IMG/VR virus record: IMGVR_UViG_3300041402_000314
Coordinates: 124,001 to 188,000 of that record
Length of the DNA stretch: 64,000 nucleotides
Reading direction: 5' to 3' (one strand)
This document shows positions 17,867 to 26,516 of the stretch, in pieces; position 1 is the stretch's first letter, and every line of letters begins with the position of its first letter. Position numbers and translations under genes: made by a program. Under the pieces are notes generated by a model. It saw only the letters and a program-made list of their open reading frames with translations, was not told the DNA's origin and did not search any database.

Positions 17867-18523
17867 TTAGCTCTCCTCTCCGAGTATATTAAGGATTTCG
17901 GTCTCTTGCTCAATGAGCGTAGAGATAACTTCCTTTATCTGTTCAACAGTAAGCTCCTTATATCTGAGATATTTCGGATTCTTGCTATAATTATCATCAG
18001 AGAATTTTATTCTTTTCTCGCCATGTATGATAAAAGAATAACCTCTATATTCGAACGTAGTCTGAAATTCTGATCTGGAATATGTTTCCAGTTCCACACC
18101 TTCGAAGTTACTGATAACGAATTTTTTGTTATCCTCTTTAATGGGTTTATATTCTCCATCTTCTTTGAGAATCTTCGAGGCATCAGTAAGCATCTCAATG
18201 ACTCTCTTATCAAGAGCGGTAACATCGACCTCGCTGAAATCCTTTCTCAGTTTATTGGCCTTGAGATCATCTAACTTACCGTTATAACCAGCTACCGCAC
18301 TAACCTTTAGTCTGATAGCATGTTTATTTTCACGTATCCATGATTCTGTAAATACTCTTTCCCTGTGGATAGTGACGACAGCATTTTTTCTATAATCAAT
18401 GATGTTGGTCCTGATTTCGCTACCGTCAAGCTCATAAATGTTATTGATGGCATTCAATCTTAATAGAAGGTTTTCCCATCTCAGTTGTAACGCCTCTTGT
18501 TCTGCTCTCGCTTGATCATTCAT
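17867..18523 (-). CDS. Hypothetical protein, first gene after an early promoter
   Basis: ORF track; RBS GGAG. Confidence 0.65.
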   Translation of the reverse strand: MNDQARAEQEALQLRWENLLLRLNAINNIYELDGSEIRTNIIDYRKNAVVTIHRERVFTESWIRENKHAIRLKVSAVAGYNGKLDDLKANKLRKDFSEVDVTALDKRVIEMLTDASKILKEDGEYKPIKEDNKKFVISNFEGVELETYSRSEFQTTFEYRGYSFIIHGEKRIKFSDDNYSKNPKYLRYKELTVEQIKEVISTLIEQETEILNILGEES

Positions 18524-18563
18524 TTTGATTCTCCATATAAAGTTAATTCCGATTTATGAATAC

Positions 18564-18592
18564 AGCATATCAGAACATAACCTAGATGTCAA
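18564..18592 (-). promoter_or_regulatory. Sigma70-type early promoter related to the 20945/22238 repeats
   Basis: TTGACA-17-TATGCT followed by GTATTCATAA. Confidence 0.65.
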
Positions 18593-18822
18593 GTATTATT
18601 ATTTAATATTTTCTCATATTCCCTAATTGGTCTGGTAACGAGTAAATCCGCCCTGAGATTCATACCAATATTTTGTATATTATTCATAGCTTCACCAGCA
18701 TATGATATATCTCCACTATCTCTCATACTACGAGCTGTACGATCAAGATCAATCGCATAGTCTCTTAATTGGTTTGCCATACGATCAATAACTTCCGCTG
18801 TTGGTTCTACATCTATTTTCAT
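18589..18822 (-). CDS. Hypothetical protein
   Basis: ORF track; RBS GGAGG. Confidence 0.55.
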   Translation of the reverse strand: MKIDVEPTAEVIDRMANQLRDYAIDLDRTARSMRDSGDISYAGEAMNNIQNIGMNLRADLLVTRPIREYEKILNNNT

Positions 18823-18968
18823 GATATTTCCTCCGCTTGTTCTATTAAACGTTTAGCACGTTGTAATGATGATTCATAAAGAGAAATGAATCCTTCAGCA
18901 TTAAACCATATAGCCATTTTCAATTCCTCTTTAGCTAGAATTAATAATATGCGTTTTCTGGTAGACAT

Positions 18969-19241
18969 TTAAAAATGCTCCTCTGAGTCATCACCAATAC
19001 AATCATATGCTTTCCTATCATAACTAGAACTAAATCCTAGAAATAAAGAATTTAAAACAGCCGTGATGAGTATAAATGGAAATAGATAAAATAAAGATTC
19101 TAAATCTCTAACGGTAACTACATCAAAATTCATAGTTGCTAAGACAATTAAGCCTAAGATTAACCCACCGAACATTCCAAAGAAAGTGATGATAGTAAGT
19201 CTTTTAAATATCCGAGATTTATTAAGATAGTTTTCAAACAT
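18969..19241 (-). CDS. Membrane protein, 2 TM
   Basis: Hydrophobic pattern. Confidence 0.55.
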   Translation of the reverse strand: MFENYLNKSRIFKRLTIITFFGMFGGLILGLIVLATMNFDVVTVRDLESLFYLFPFILITAVLNSLFLGFSSSYDRKAYDCIGDDSEEHF

Positions 19242-19242
19242 T

Positions 19243-19506
19243 TTATTTCTCCTTCTTTCTTTTAGATGAATATAATACTTTTTCTTGGTCTACTGTTTTC
19301 CACCATTTATTCCAATACTTTTGAAAAATATCAAGTGAGAAAAATAAGAGAACAAAAAGAAGTGTAAAGAATCCTAACATCCCAACTTCCAATATAAATG
19401 GTATATCTTTGACTTTAATTTCTCCAGCATCATTTAATATAATAATACTACTACCAATGATTCCAGAAAGCAACCATAAAATTGCAATTAAAATAAAATC
19501 AATCAT
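19243..19506 (-). CDS. Membrane protein, 2 TM
   Basis: Hydrophobic pattern. Confidence 0.55.
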   Translation of the reverse strand: MIDFILIAILWLLSGIIGSSIIILNDAGEIKVKDIPFILEVGMLGFFTLLFVLLFFSLDIFQKYWNKWWKTVDQEKVLYSSKRKKEK

Positions 19507-19510
19507 TGTA

Positions 19511-19897
19511 TTAATCCTCCATTAATTCAAGACATTGATTAAGTGTTATTAAGGCAAAAGGCATATCTAATTTATATTTAGCGCAATCTCTTACTACAAG
19601 ACCACGTTTAAGACAGCTCTTAGCTGGTGAACCTATTTTACAGTCATTATCTTTGCCTCCACCTTCACAGGTATATTCTATTAATCGGTATATACCATCT
19701 GCTCTAGTCTTACCCTCTCTTATCCACCACGTAGGTATAAAAACAAGTTCTGAAGGGATTACTTCACCTGATATAAGATGAGTTGTGATACCATCTGTCA
19801 ATTCGGCAAATTTAATACCAGTCAACTTACTTATCTTGATCATCTTCGTTAGTTTATCTTTCATCAGACTTCTCCTTTTCAATCGCCTGTTTGACAT
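19511..19897 (-). CDS. Hypothetical protein
   Basis: ORF track. Confidence 0.55.
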   Translation of the reverse strand: MSNRRLKRRSLMKDKLTKMIKISKLTGIKFAELTDGITTHLISGEVIPSELVFIPTWWIREGKTRADGIYRLIEYTCEGGGKDNDCKIGSPAKSCLKRGLVVRDCAKYKLDMPFALITLNQCLELMED

Positions 19898-20381
19898 CTT
19901 CTTCCATCCCTAATACACATTCTTTAACAAACCTCTTCTTTAAATATATTTCACCGCAAGGTTTCTTCATTGGTTGTACACCGACTATTTCATTTTTGTA
20001 TAACTGAGGAAATACCCTTCTAACAGGTAACTCTATTAACTGCCAATGATTGAATAGTTCTTTGAGTAATCTTATCGCCCTTTCTAAAGCCGATTCTTTA
20101 TTATGTTTTCCTTTTGGCGGATAAGGTATTTCTTCATATGTACCATCTGGCAACACATTCCAAACTTTATCACTATCAAAATTGGTTTCTGATGCATCTG
20201 GATTAAGATGTATATGATTATGACCTCTAGGGTTTATCCAGAATACATGTTCTTTCGGATTCCTTAAACAAACATATACAGAATTTCCATCCATTACTCT
20301 ACGCCAACTTTCTTGTCTTTCTATTAGACTTTGACAAATAGGGCAATGTCGCATACCTGTTATTCTGGAAGCTTCATTCAT
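19854..20381 (-). CDS. Zn-ribbon protein carrying a major-capsid (Gol-like) peptide
   Basis: N-terminal CPIC...C...H; internal LPVRRVFPQLYKNEIVGVQPMKKPCGEIY. Confidence 0.65.
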   Translation of the reverse strand: MNEASRITGMRHCPICQSLIERQESWRRVMDGNSVYVCLRNPKEHVFWINPRGHNHIHLNPDASETNFDSDKVWNVLPDGTYEEIPYPPKGKHNKESALERAIRLLKELFNHWQLIELPVRRVFPQLYKNEIVGVQPMKKPCGEIYLKKRFVKECVLGMEEDVKQAIEKEKSDER

Positions 20382-20384
20382 TTG

Positions 20385-20600
20385 TCAAGCTCCCTTAAAG
20401 ATAATAGCATTGATTTCTTTAATTCGCTCCAAATACAATTCAGTCATTTTCTTTCCGTGAGCATCATCACCGAGTCCATCATGTCTCAAATCCAAAGCCA
20501 TATGATTTAAAGCTGCTCTTATGGTCATGGCATGAGCATCATTTAACACTATATTATTAACGGTGATTTTAGGTTCTTTATATATGTTACCCATTTTCAA
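20385..20600 (-). CDS. Hypothetical protein
   Basis: ORF track. Confidence 0.55.
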   Translation of the reverse strand: MKMGNIYKEPKITVNNIVLNDAHAMTIRAALNHMALDLRHDGLGDDAHGKKMTELYLERIKEINAIIFKGA

Positions 20601-20923
20601 ACTCCCTCTAACTTATCTATAAGTTTCTGGTTTTCAAATATTTCAATATGTGGTGTTGTTTCATGTGGGCATACATCAGGAAGAATCAAAACCGAGTTAC
20701 CATGTTGTTCAAGAACTGCAAGCAATGCCTCTTGATTCCTCTTTAGAGCCTCTAACAATTCCAATGCTACAAGAGCGAGTCTATCTTTACCACCAAAACA
20801 ATTATCACAGTAACAATTTTCTCTTGCTATCGGTGTATCATCCTCATCGTATATGTCACTATACATTGGGTTACGTTTATCTTTATAACAAAGATCATCA
20901 TATAGTTTACTCATCACAACCAC
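20597..20923 (-). CDS. Hypothetical protein, first gene after an early promoter
   Basis: CYCDNC motif. Confidence 0.55.
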   Translation of the reverse strand: MVVMSKLYDDLCYKDKRNPMYSDIYDEDDTPIARENCYCDNCFGGKDRLALVALELLEALKRNQEALLAVLEQHGNSVLILPDVCPHETTPHIEIFENQKLIDKLEGV

Positions 20924-20944
20924 CTTTAATTAGTGTTTCAATTG

Positions 20945-20995
20945 ATTATGAGTACAGCTTATCACAGGTAAATATGAATGTCAAGAACTATTTTA
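20945..20995 (-). repeat. 51-bp promoter-containing direct repeat, copy A
   Basis: TTGACA-17-TAAGCT; 46 of 51 nt identical to 22238-22288 by hand alignment. Confidence 0.8.
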
Positions 20996-21154
20996 ATTAA
21001 ATTTATTATTTAAGGTATGAGCCTAATAAATATGCAACGGCTATTACTGCACTGAAAATACCACCAACACATAAAGACTTCATATCCATATCCATTCCGA
21101 GACCTATGACTATTCCTGAAATGATAATCCATGCTGCTAATTTTATATATAAAT

Positions 21155-21445
21155 TCATTTTACTCTCCTTAAAGCACTCTTTTTGATTCCCAGAAATTGA
21201 GCTGTAGACGCATTTGATTTACATACTGTCCTAAAAGATGAATCGAAGTGATGACCAACCACTTCACTATTCATAACGCCAGAAATGAGACGAACTATCG
21301 TTCCTTTCTTAACGCCCGAATGACCGTTAGTTAAAACTTCATATTCATCATCACTTAAATTATGTAATTTACCATCATATCCCTTTATCTGTTTCATTTT
21401 ATTCTCCCTCTCTGCCGAAGTAATCAAGGCTAAACCAACTACCAT
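21155..21445 (-). CDS. Hypothetical protein (likely start at internal MKQIKG)
   Basis: ORF track. Confidence 0.5.
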   Translation of the reverse strand: MVVGLALITSAERENKMKQIKGYDGKLHNLSDDEYEVLTNGHSGVKKGTIVRLISGVMNSEVVGHHFDSSFRTVCKSNASTAQFLGIKKSALRRVK

Positions 21446-21638
21446 TATCCACTAACTCTGTATACAGTCCGTCTATTGATGTTTCCAAGCAATAAAGACT
21501 ATCTCTTTCTGAATAGAAAAACCTTTGGCCTTTAGCACCTAATCTTTTCAACATGTTATTCGCTAACTTACATTGCTCTTCAGCATGTTCTTTGTTCTCA
21601 ATCTTTACCAGTTCAATCCATACTTTAGTTTTAGTCAT
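21399..21638 (-). CDS. Hypothetical protein
   Basis: ORF track; RBS AAGGAG. Confidence 0.55.
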   Translation of the reverse strand: MTKTKVWIELVKIENKEHAEEQCKLANNMLKRLGAKGQRFFYSERDSLYCLETSIDGLYTELVDNGSWFSLDYFGREGE

Positions 21639-21862
21639 TTGATCGCTCCTTTATATTTGATAATTTACCAACCTTAGATACCATATGTCTCGATTGCTTT
21701 ATTCATTTGATCTTTAGTAATCAACCGAACCTCAAAACCAGCGTCATTCCATGCCTTTACAGTTACTAATGATATTGACACATTTTTTGGGTCTGCACTG
21801 ACGATTCCTAAAATTTTCTCACCCATTAGAGGGAATGCACAATAATACATATTATTTCTCCT

Positions 21863-22207
21863 TTATGAAGTAATTCTACCAGCTTTCGAAGCGTCTTCAG
21901 CGTATATACTGAGAGGAAAGTTAAACGATGCGTACCTATCTCTTTCGACACCCAGACCAAATGGTGGGAATCTCATTGCTTCGAGTTCATCCCTAGAAAC
22001 GTATCCTAACTCAGGGAACCCTTGCCCAAGATCACAGAGACCGAAGAACATTCTGCTCTCCTCGTCATATTCCGTAATTAACCATGTACATGCTCCGCCA
22101 CCGAAAAACTTAACTACTGGTATGAAGTCAGACTCCCCACCAGACTCTTGATTGATCTTAGAGTTCCTAACCAGCTTATCTTCGATTATCTTAGTCATTA
22201 GTTTCAT
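21863..22207 (-). CDS. DUF2958-like protein
   Basis: PVVKFF.GGA.TWLITE.D.....FGLCDLG.G.PELGYVS..EL......G..VERD. Confidence 0.8.
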   Translation of the reverse strand: MKLMTKIIEDKLVRNSKINQESGGESDFIPVVKFFGGGACTWLITEYDEESRMFFGLCDLGQGFPELGYVSRDELEAMRFPPFGLGVERDRYASFNFPLSIYAEDASKAGRITS

Positions 22208-22237
22208 TTCGATCTCCTTTAATTAATGTTTCTCTTA

Positions 22238-22288
22238 ATTATGAGTACAGCTTATCATAGGTAGATGTGGAAGTCAAGAACTATTTTA
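22238..22288 (-). repeat. 51-bp promoter-containing direct repeat, copy B
   Basis: TTGACT-17-TAAGCT; see 20945-20995. Confidence 0.8.
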
Positions 22289-22289
22289 T

Positions 22290-22325
22290 AAAAAAAGGTA
22301 GGCCGAATTAACGACCCACCTTTTT
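22290..22325 (-). terminator. Intrinsic terminator closing the channel/TAXI/YjfK/PspA operon
   Basis: On - strand GGTGGGTCG/CGGCCTACC stem (needs G-U pairs, so strand-specific) then T7. Confidence 0.75.
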
Positions 22326-22346
22326 GATACCATATATTTATTATTG

Positions 22347-23108
22347 TTACTTCTTAAGAGCAGCTAAACGATCTTGAATACTCATAGTGGAAGTATCATC
22401 TCCACCACCCATAGCAGCCGTGATATTGGGGTCTTCATCGAGTCCACCAGTAGGCTTCAGAAGACGTGCTTTCATTGTTGATGCATCGGCAGACGCTTTG
22501 GCATCATCAGTACGTTTCTGCATGGCTTCGATAGCAGTATTGATACCACCTGTCTTGCTCCTAATACCACTGGCAAGCTCGGCACGTTTCGCCTTCTTCT
22601 TAGCACGTTCCTCTGCCAGTTGTGCTTTCTGCATACCCTGTTTTGCCTTCTTAAGTTCGGCACGAGCATCTTTGAGAGTATCAGCCGCTTCAGAAGCGGT
22701 AGCTTCGAGTTCATCCAACATTTCCTTGGCATCGATAGCTTCTTGCTTCTCACGCTCGACATCATCTCCCATTTCTTCGAGAAGACCAAGAAGGGTTCCG
22801 AGACTAGCGGATAGAGAGGCAACCTTTGTATCATCGTCTCCTGCTTCTGCTATCTGATTCTGAAGAGTCTCGGCAGCTTGTAACCTCTGATTATAGAGCT
22901 TGACGATTTCATCCGCTTCCCTCTGCTCCTTTCCATGCTCGACTCTCGCCTGACCAGCTTCTTTAAGAATCTGATTTAGGTTATCATCCATCATTTTGAT
23001 GGTGGCTTCAGTAGCTCCCTCGGTATCGTATCTAACGATAGCACCAGCAAGAGCCTCACCCGCATCTTCGATTTTTGTTTTTGTAAACGCTGATAGAAAT
23101 TTTAACAT
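22347..23108 (-). CDS. PspA/IM30-like coiled-coil protein (YjfJ-like)
   Basis: 253 aa all-helical Ala/Glu/Lys-rich; ends IQDRLAALKK; adjacent to a YjfK-like gene as in yjfJ-yjfK. Confidence 0.7.
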   Translation of the reverse strand: MLKFLSAFTKTKIEDAGEALAGAIVRYDTEGATEATIKMMDDNLNQILKEAGQARVEHGKEQREADEIVKLYNQRLQAAETLQNQIAEAGDDDTKVASLSASLGTLLGLLEEMGDDVEREKQEAIDAKEMLDELEATASEAADTLKDARAELKKAKQGMQKAQLAEERAKKKAKRAELASGIRSKTGGINTAIEAMQKRTDDAKASADASTMKARLLKPTGGLDEDPNITAAMGGGDDTSTMSIQDRLAALKK

Positions 23109-23127
23109 TTTATTTCTCCTTTTTATT

Positions 23128-23808
23128 TTAGATTATTGATAGTGACATAGGATGAATTGTAAATCCTTTATATATGACTATATTAGCAAATACCTCACCC
23201 ATATCATCTTCCAGATCGAATTCGACTGCTACCAGTAGATATTCTGTTTCATCGCTGTTGAGAAACCTGTTGAATAGCATAGCATCACTATTATATTCGC
23301 CTTCTTCGGCTTCAGATTGTTCACCAGTTATTTCAATATCTTCCACAATACTGACTGGAGATGACCATTCACCGCTACCCCAAAGTCGTAAATAGGTTTC
23401 ATCGTCTGGAGTCTCAATATCGGAATAGCCTATTAGACCGTCATCCGTATCAAGCCAATCACTCCAATCTTCATCCGATTGAGGCTCAAACCCATAAGTC
23501 TGTTTGAAGAGAATAACTTCAGAACCATCCTTATTGAGTTGCATGAATACTTCATTATCGTTTTCCGTATTCTTCATGTAGACTCTATAAGTCTTATCTC
23601 CGAATATCTTGAGTCGGGAAATTGCGAGGACGGTGTATTTACCGCCCTCGAACCATTCCAATTCAGGATTTAAGAGAGATGGGGTATCATCCAAAGTTAT
23701 CAGGCTGTTTAATCTGATTCCTAGAGGAGCATCATCATGGACAATACCCTTTTTGGAATCCTTACGTTCCTTTAACTTATGTTTGAAGTAATCACCGACA
23801 AAACTCAT
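23128..23808 (-). CDS. DUF2491/YjfK-like protein
   Basis: PLGIRL...LD, W..WL....GLIG, Y.R.W, MLF.R....EYLLV..E pattern. Confidence 0.7.
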   Translation of the reverse strand: MSFVGDYFKHKLKERKDSKKGIVHDDAPLGIRLNSLITLDDTPSLLNPELEWFEGGKYTVLAISRLKIFGDKTYRVYMKNTENDNEVFMQLNKDGSEVILFKQTYGFEPQSDEDWSDWLDTDDGLIGYSDIETPDDETYLRLWGSGEWSSPVSIVEDIEITGEQSEAEEGEYNSDAMLFNRFLNSDETEYLLVAVEFDLEDDMGEVFANIVIYKGFTIHPMSLSII

Positions 23809-23810
23809 GA

Positions 23811-25415
23811 TTATCTCCCACTCGCCTGATTTCTGATAGAGGGTATAACACTATTTATCTCTTCCAGAAGGGCATCAAATACGGCTGGATTTTTATTCTT
23901 CCATTTGTTGGAAATGATCATATCCATATCAACGGTAATGGTATCGATATCACTGCTACCAAGCCATCCAGATTGGAGTTTACCGTAAGTACCTGCCTTG
24001 ATAGTACCGAACTTATAAATTGGCTTATTACCGGGGTCTTTCAGATTATCAAGACTACCATCTTCGATATTAGCCAATTTAAGTTCACCTCTACTACCAA
24101 GTTGTACGGCATTCCTCATGCTTCTGGCATTGATACCAGTAACAGCCAGTAAACAATCGGCTTGCCCATTAGTAACCTTAAGTACATTACCGCTCATACT
24201 CTTAGAGACCTTTACATTCACATCAGCATAATCGCTATTCTCGGCAACGAAATTTGCCCATGTCAGATAAGAACCAGAGTTTTCATAACCCACGAGAACC
24301 GTATTACCTGAGTCGAGGTCATCAATAGAATTGATATCGGCTTCAGTGTTACAAATAAGATGAGCATACTCGGTATATACAGACGGTATCCTTGAATAAT
24401 TTAGCTTAGAGTTGTTCTTCTGAGCATGAATCCAGTAACCGTCTCTTTGTACAAATGCAGCATCACAATGACCAGCATCTATTTTCTTGAGGTTATCCAT
24501 AGTACCTTCTGTACGAAGAACCTTTCCGTCTACGCTCATAGTAGCATTAGAAATCACGTTACCTGCATAGTAATACATACCGTCTGTTCCACCTGTACAA
24601 ATAGTTAGTGTAGGCTTAACGGCATTTGTTACGTCCTGAGATAGTGCAATATCAGCATCAACGCCTTCAGGAAGATAATTGGTATCGCGTGTACCGCTCA
24701 TCTGAGATACTTCACGATCAAGACGATCAAGCTTTGCTCTTAGCTCGGCATTCTCTCTTGCTTGCATATTAGCTTCCTGTCTCCAACCCTGATAACCAGC
24801 ATTGTTATATTGGTTATATGCAAAACTATTATTTGAATTATCTAGCATCATGTAAAGGAACATCGCATCCCACATACCGTAGCTCGAAGAACCGTAATAT
24901 ACATATGATGGCGCATTGTAGCCACTATAATATGAAGTCCTTCTGGTATCATAAGTTCTCGGATTATAATTAGAAGTCCTTTGGGCAATTTTATTATTAC
25001 TATATTTTCTCTTCAGCTTTGAAGTACGTACTGCTTTCTGCTTAGAGGTCTGAGTCTTCTTATTCGACTTCTTGAATTTAGAAGTATACGCAGCACTACG
25101 CTTCTTCGCTACAGTCTTCGGTGCTTTATTTTTAGCCCTTTGCTTACTAATCTTTGTCTTAGATGAGGTAGTCTTTGAGACTGCCTTCATTTTTCTCTTC
25201 GGCCTAGAAGTTGTTACGGTCTTAGACCTTGAAGAACTTCTCTTTCTTGCGTTTGAGAAAGAGCTTTTTGAACTACCCCAACTCTTTGAACTTGAGAAGC
25301 TTTTGGATGAAGAAAAACTCCTTCCGCCTCCACCCCTCCGAGCCTCTACTTCAACATAAGTCCATGTTGATATGAGAATCAATGCCAGTGCTATAATACT
25401 CAATTTGGTTTTCAT
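23811..25415 (-). CDS. Exported fusion: Ser/Lys/Arg-rich region plus TAXI-family TRAP solute-binding domain
   Basis: Signal peptide then ARRGGGGRS; C-terminal ICTGG..G.YY..G, TEGT.DN......DAAFVQ.D, Y.E..HL, SI.DL, G...SGS..T. Confidence 0.75.
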   Translation of the reverse strand: MKTKLSIIALALILISTWTYVEVEARRGGGGRSFSSSKSFSSSKSWGSSKSSFSNARKRSSSRSKTVTTSRPKRKMKAVSKTTSSKTKISKQRAKNKAPKTVAKKRSAAYTSKFKKSNKKTQTSKQKAVRTSKLKRKYSNNKIAQRTSNYNPRTYDTRRTSYYSGYNAPSYVYYGSSSYGMWDAMFLYMMLDNSNNSFAYNQYNNAGYQGWRQEANMQARENAELRAKLDRLDREVSQMSGTRDTNYLPEGVDADIALSQDVTNAVKPTLTICTGGTDGMYYYAGNVISNATMSVDGKVLRTEGTMDNLKKIDAGHCDAAFVQRDGYWIHAQKNNSKLNYSRIPSVYTEYAHLICNTEADINSIDDLDSGNTVLVGYENSGSYLTWANFVAENSDYADVNVKVSKSMSGNVLKVTNGQADCLLAVTGINARSMRNAVQLGSRGELKLANIEDGSLDNLKDPGNKPIYKFGTIKAGTYGKLQSGWLGSSDIDTITVDMDMIISNKWKNKNPAVFDALLEEINSVIPSIRNQASGR

Positions 25416-25442
25416 GTTACTTTATCCTCCTATATTTCCTTA

Positions 25443-26477
25443 TTAGTTTAAATGTAGTTTTAAAATATTGCTCCACCTTGAACATGACGTATAATCAATT
25501 ACACTCCGATTCACCTCCTCCCTCAATTTACTATTCTGTTTAAATAATATTCCATAACTTTCTATATTGAAGTTAGCTTTATGTAAGGTAACACTATTGT
25601 TATCCTTTGTCAAGTGTTTTAATGTAGCATAGTCATAAAATACCACATCATGTAAACCTGCCTCCAGAGATTCGAGAGCATCTTCAGCGGAATCGAGACT
25701 TGAATATTGTACTCCCAGACTAGATAAAAGTTTACTACTGGCAGTATATGACGATGTAGCTATCTTCCCTTTATTACTTAACCACTTCACTGACTTATTG
25801 GTTTCGCTGATATTACTTAATGTAGCAGTAGCCGCCAGAGTAGCTATAAATGAACTGACTAAGATCAGTGCAATATACATCCAGACGGTAGTAGCAAGAC
25901 GGCCTTTTGCTGTTTTGGGAGCTTTATCACCTAGTCCGACAGTAGTAGCTACCACATGAGTAAACCAATATGTATTGAGCCAACCCTTAAAGCCTTTTCC
26001 AAAATCAGGATTATTACGCTCAAAATACCATATAACGGTAGCGATGAAACCGACAATAATTAAATAATTGATACAGGCGATTATAAAATCTACAGATATT
26101 AAGTTACTGATTACCATTAAGAATGTATTATCGGATTTTGTGGCTATTCCAGACGGTGAAGAAAAGTAAGGGTGTGAGAAATCATATTCCTTTTCTCTCT
26201 CGGATGTAATTGTGATAGCGGATAGACCGACATCGACCTCACCAGTTTTGATTTGAGAAAGTATATCTGTTAAAGAAAGTTCCTTTATATCGTAAGTATA
26301 ACCATTCCTAGAAGCAACTGCTTTCCAGAGGTCTATTGTGATTCCATACCAGATACCTCTCTCATCCTTCATAGAGAAAGGTGGCATCTCATCTGTAGCC
26401 ACTACCAAATGGGTTTGGGCATTAGCAGTAGATGTAATGCTTAGAATTAATAGTATGTAAATAAGTAGTCTTTTCAT
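25443..26477 (-). CDS. GluR0-like ligand-gated K+ channel (SBP S1 - TM1 - pore - TM2 - SBP S2)
   Basis: Signal peptide; PPFS, SAITITSERE, DFSHPY (SBP family 3); two TM helices around TTVGLGD; VFYD...ESYGI. Start set at MKRLL after RBS GGAG. Confidence 0.85.
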   Translation of the reverse strand: MKRLLIYILLILSITSTANAQTHLVVATDEMPPFSMKDERGIWYGITIDLWKAVASRNGYTYDIKELSLTDILSQIKTGEVDVGLSAITITSEREKEYDFSHPYFSSPSGIATKSDNTFLMVISNLISVDFIIACINYLIIVGFIATVIWYFERNNPDFGKGFKGWLNTYWFTHVVATTVGLGDKAPKTAKGRLATTVWMYIALILVSSFIATLAATATLSNISETNKSVKWLSNKGKIATSSYTASSKLLSSLGVQYSSLDSAEDALESLEAGLHDVVFYDYATLKHLTKDNNSVTLHKANFNIESYGILFKQNSKLREEVNRSVIDYTSCSRWSNILKLHLN

Positions 26478-26487
26478 GATTGTCTCC

Positions 26488-26516
26488 ATTATACCTAATT
26501 ATAATTTATTTGTCAA
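26488..26516 (-). promoter_or_regulatory. Consensus sigma70 promoter of the channel operon
   Basis: TTGACA-17-TATAAT on - strand. Confidence 0.75.

Noticed and set aside
22387-22857. Overlapping ORFs 22387-22857 (+), 22472-22834 (-) and 22620-22814 (+)
   Set aside because: Shadows of the PspA-like gene, whose codon bias leaves other frames open.
25250-25340. Short tandem-like repeats (SSSKSF) as a CRISPR or DNA repeat array
   Set aside because: They are coding low-complexity repeats with synonymous variation and no spacers.
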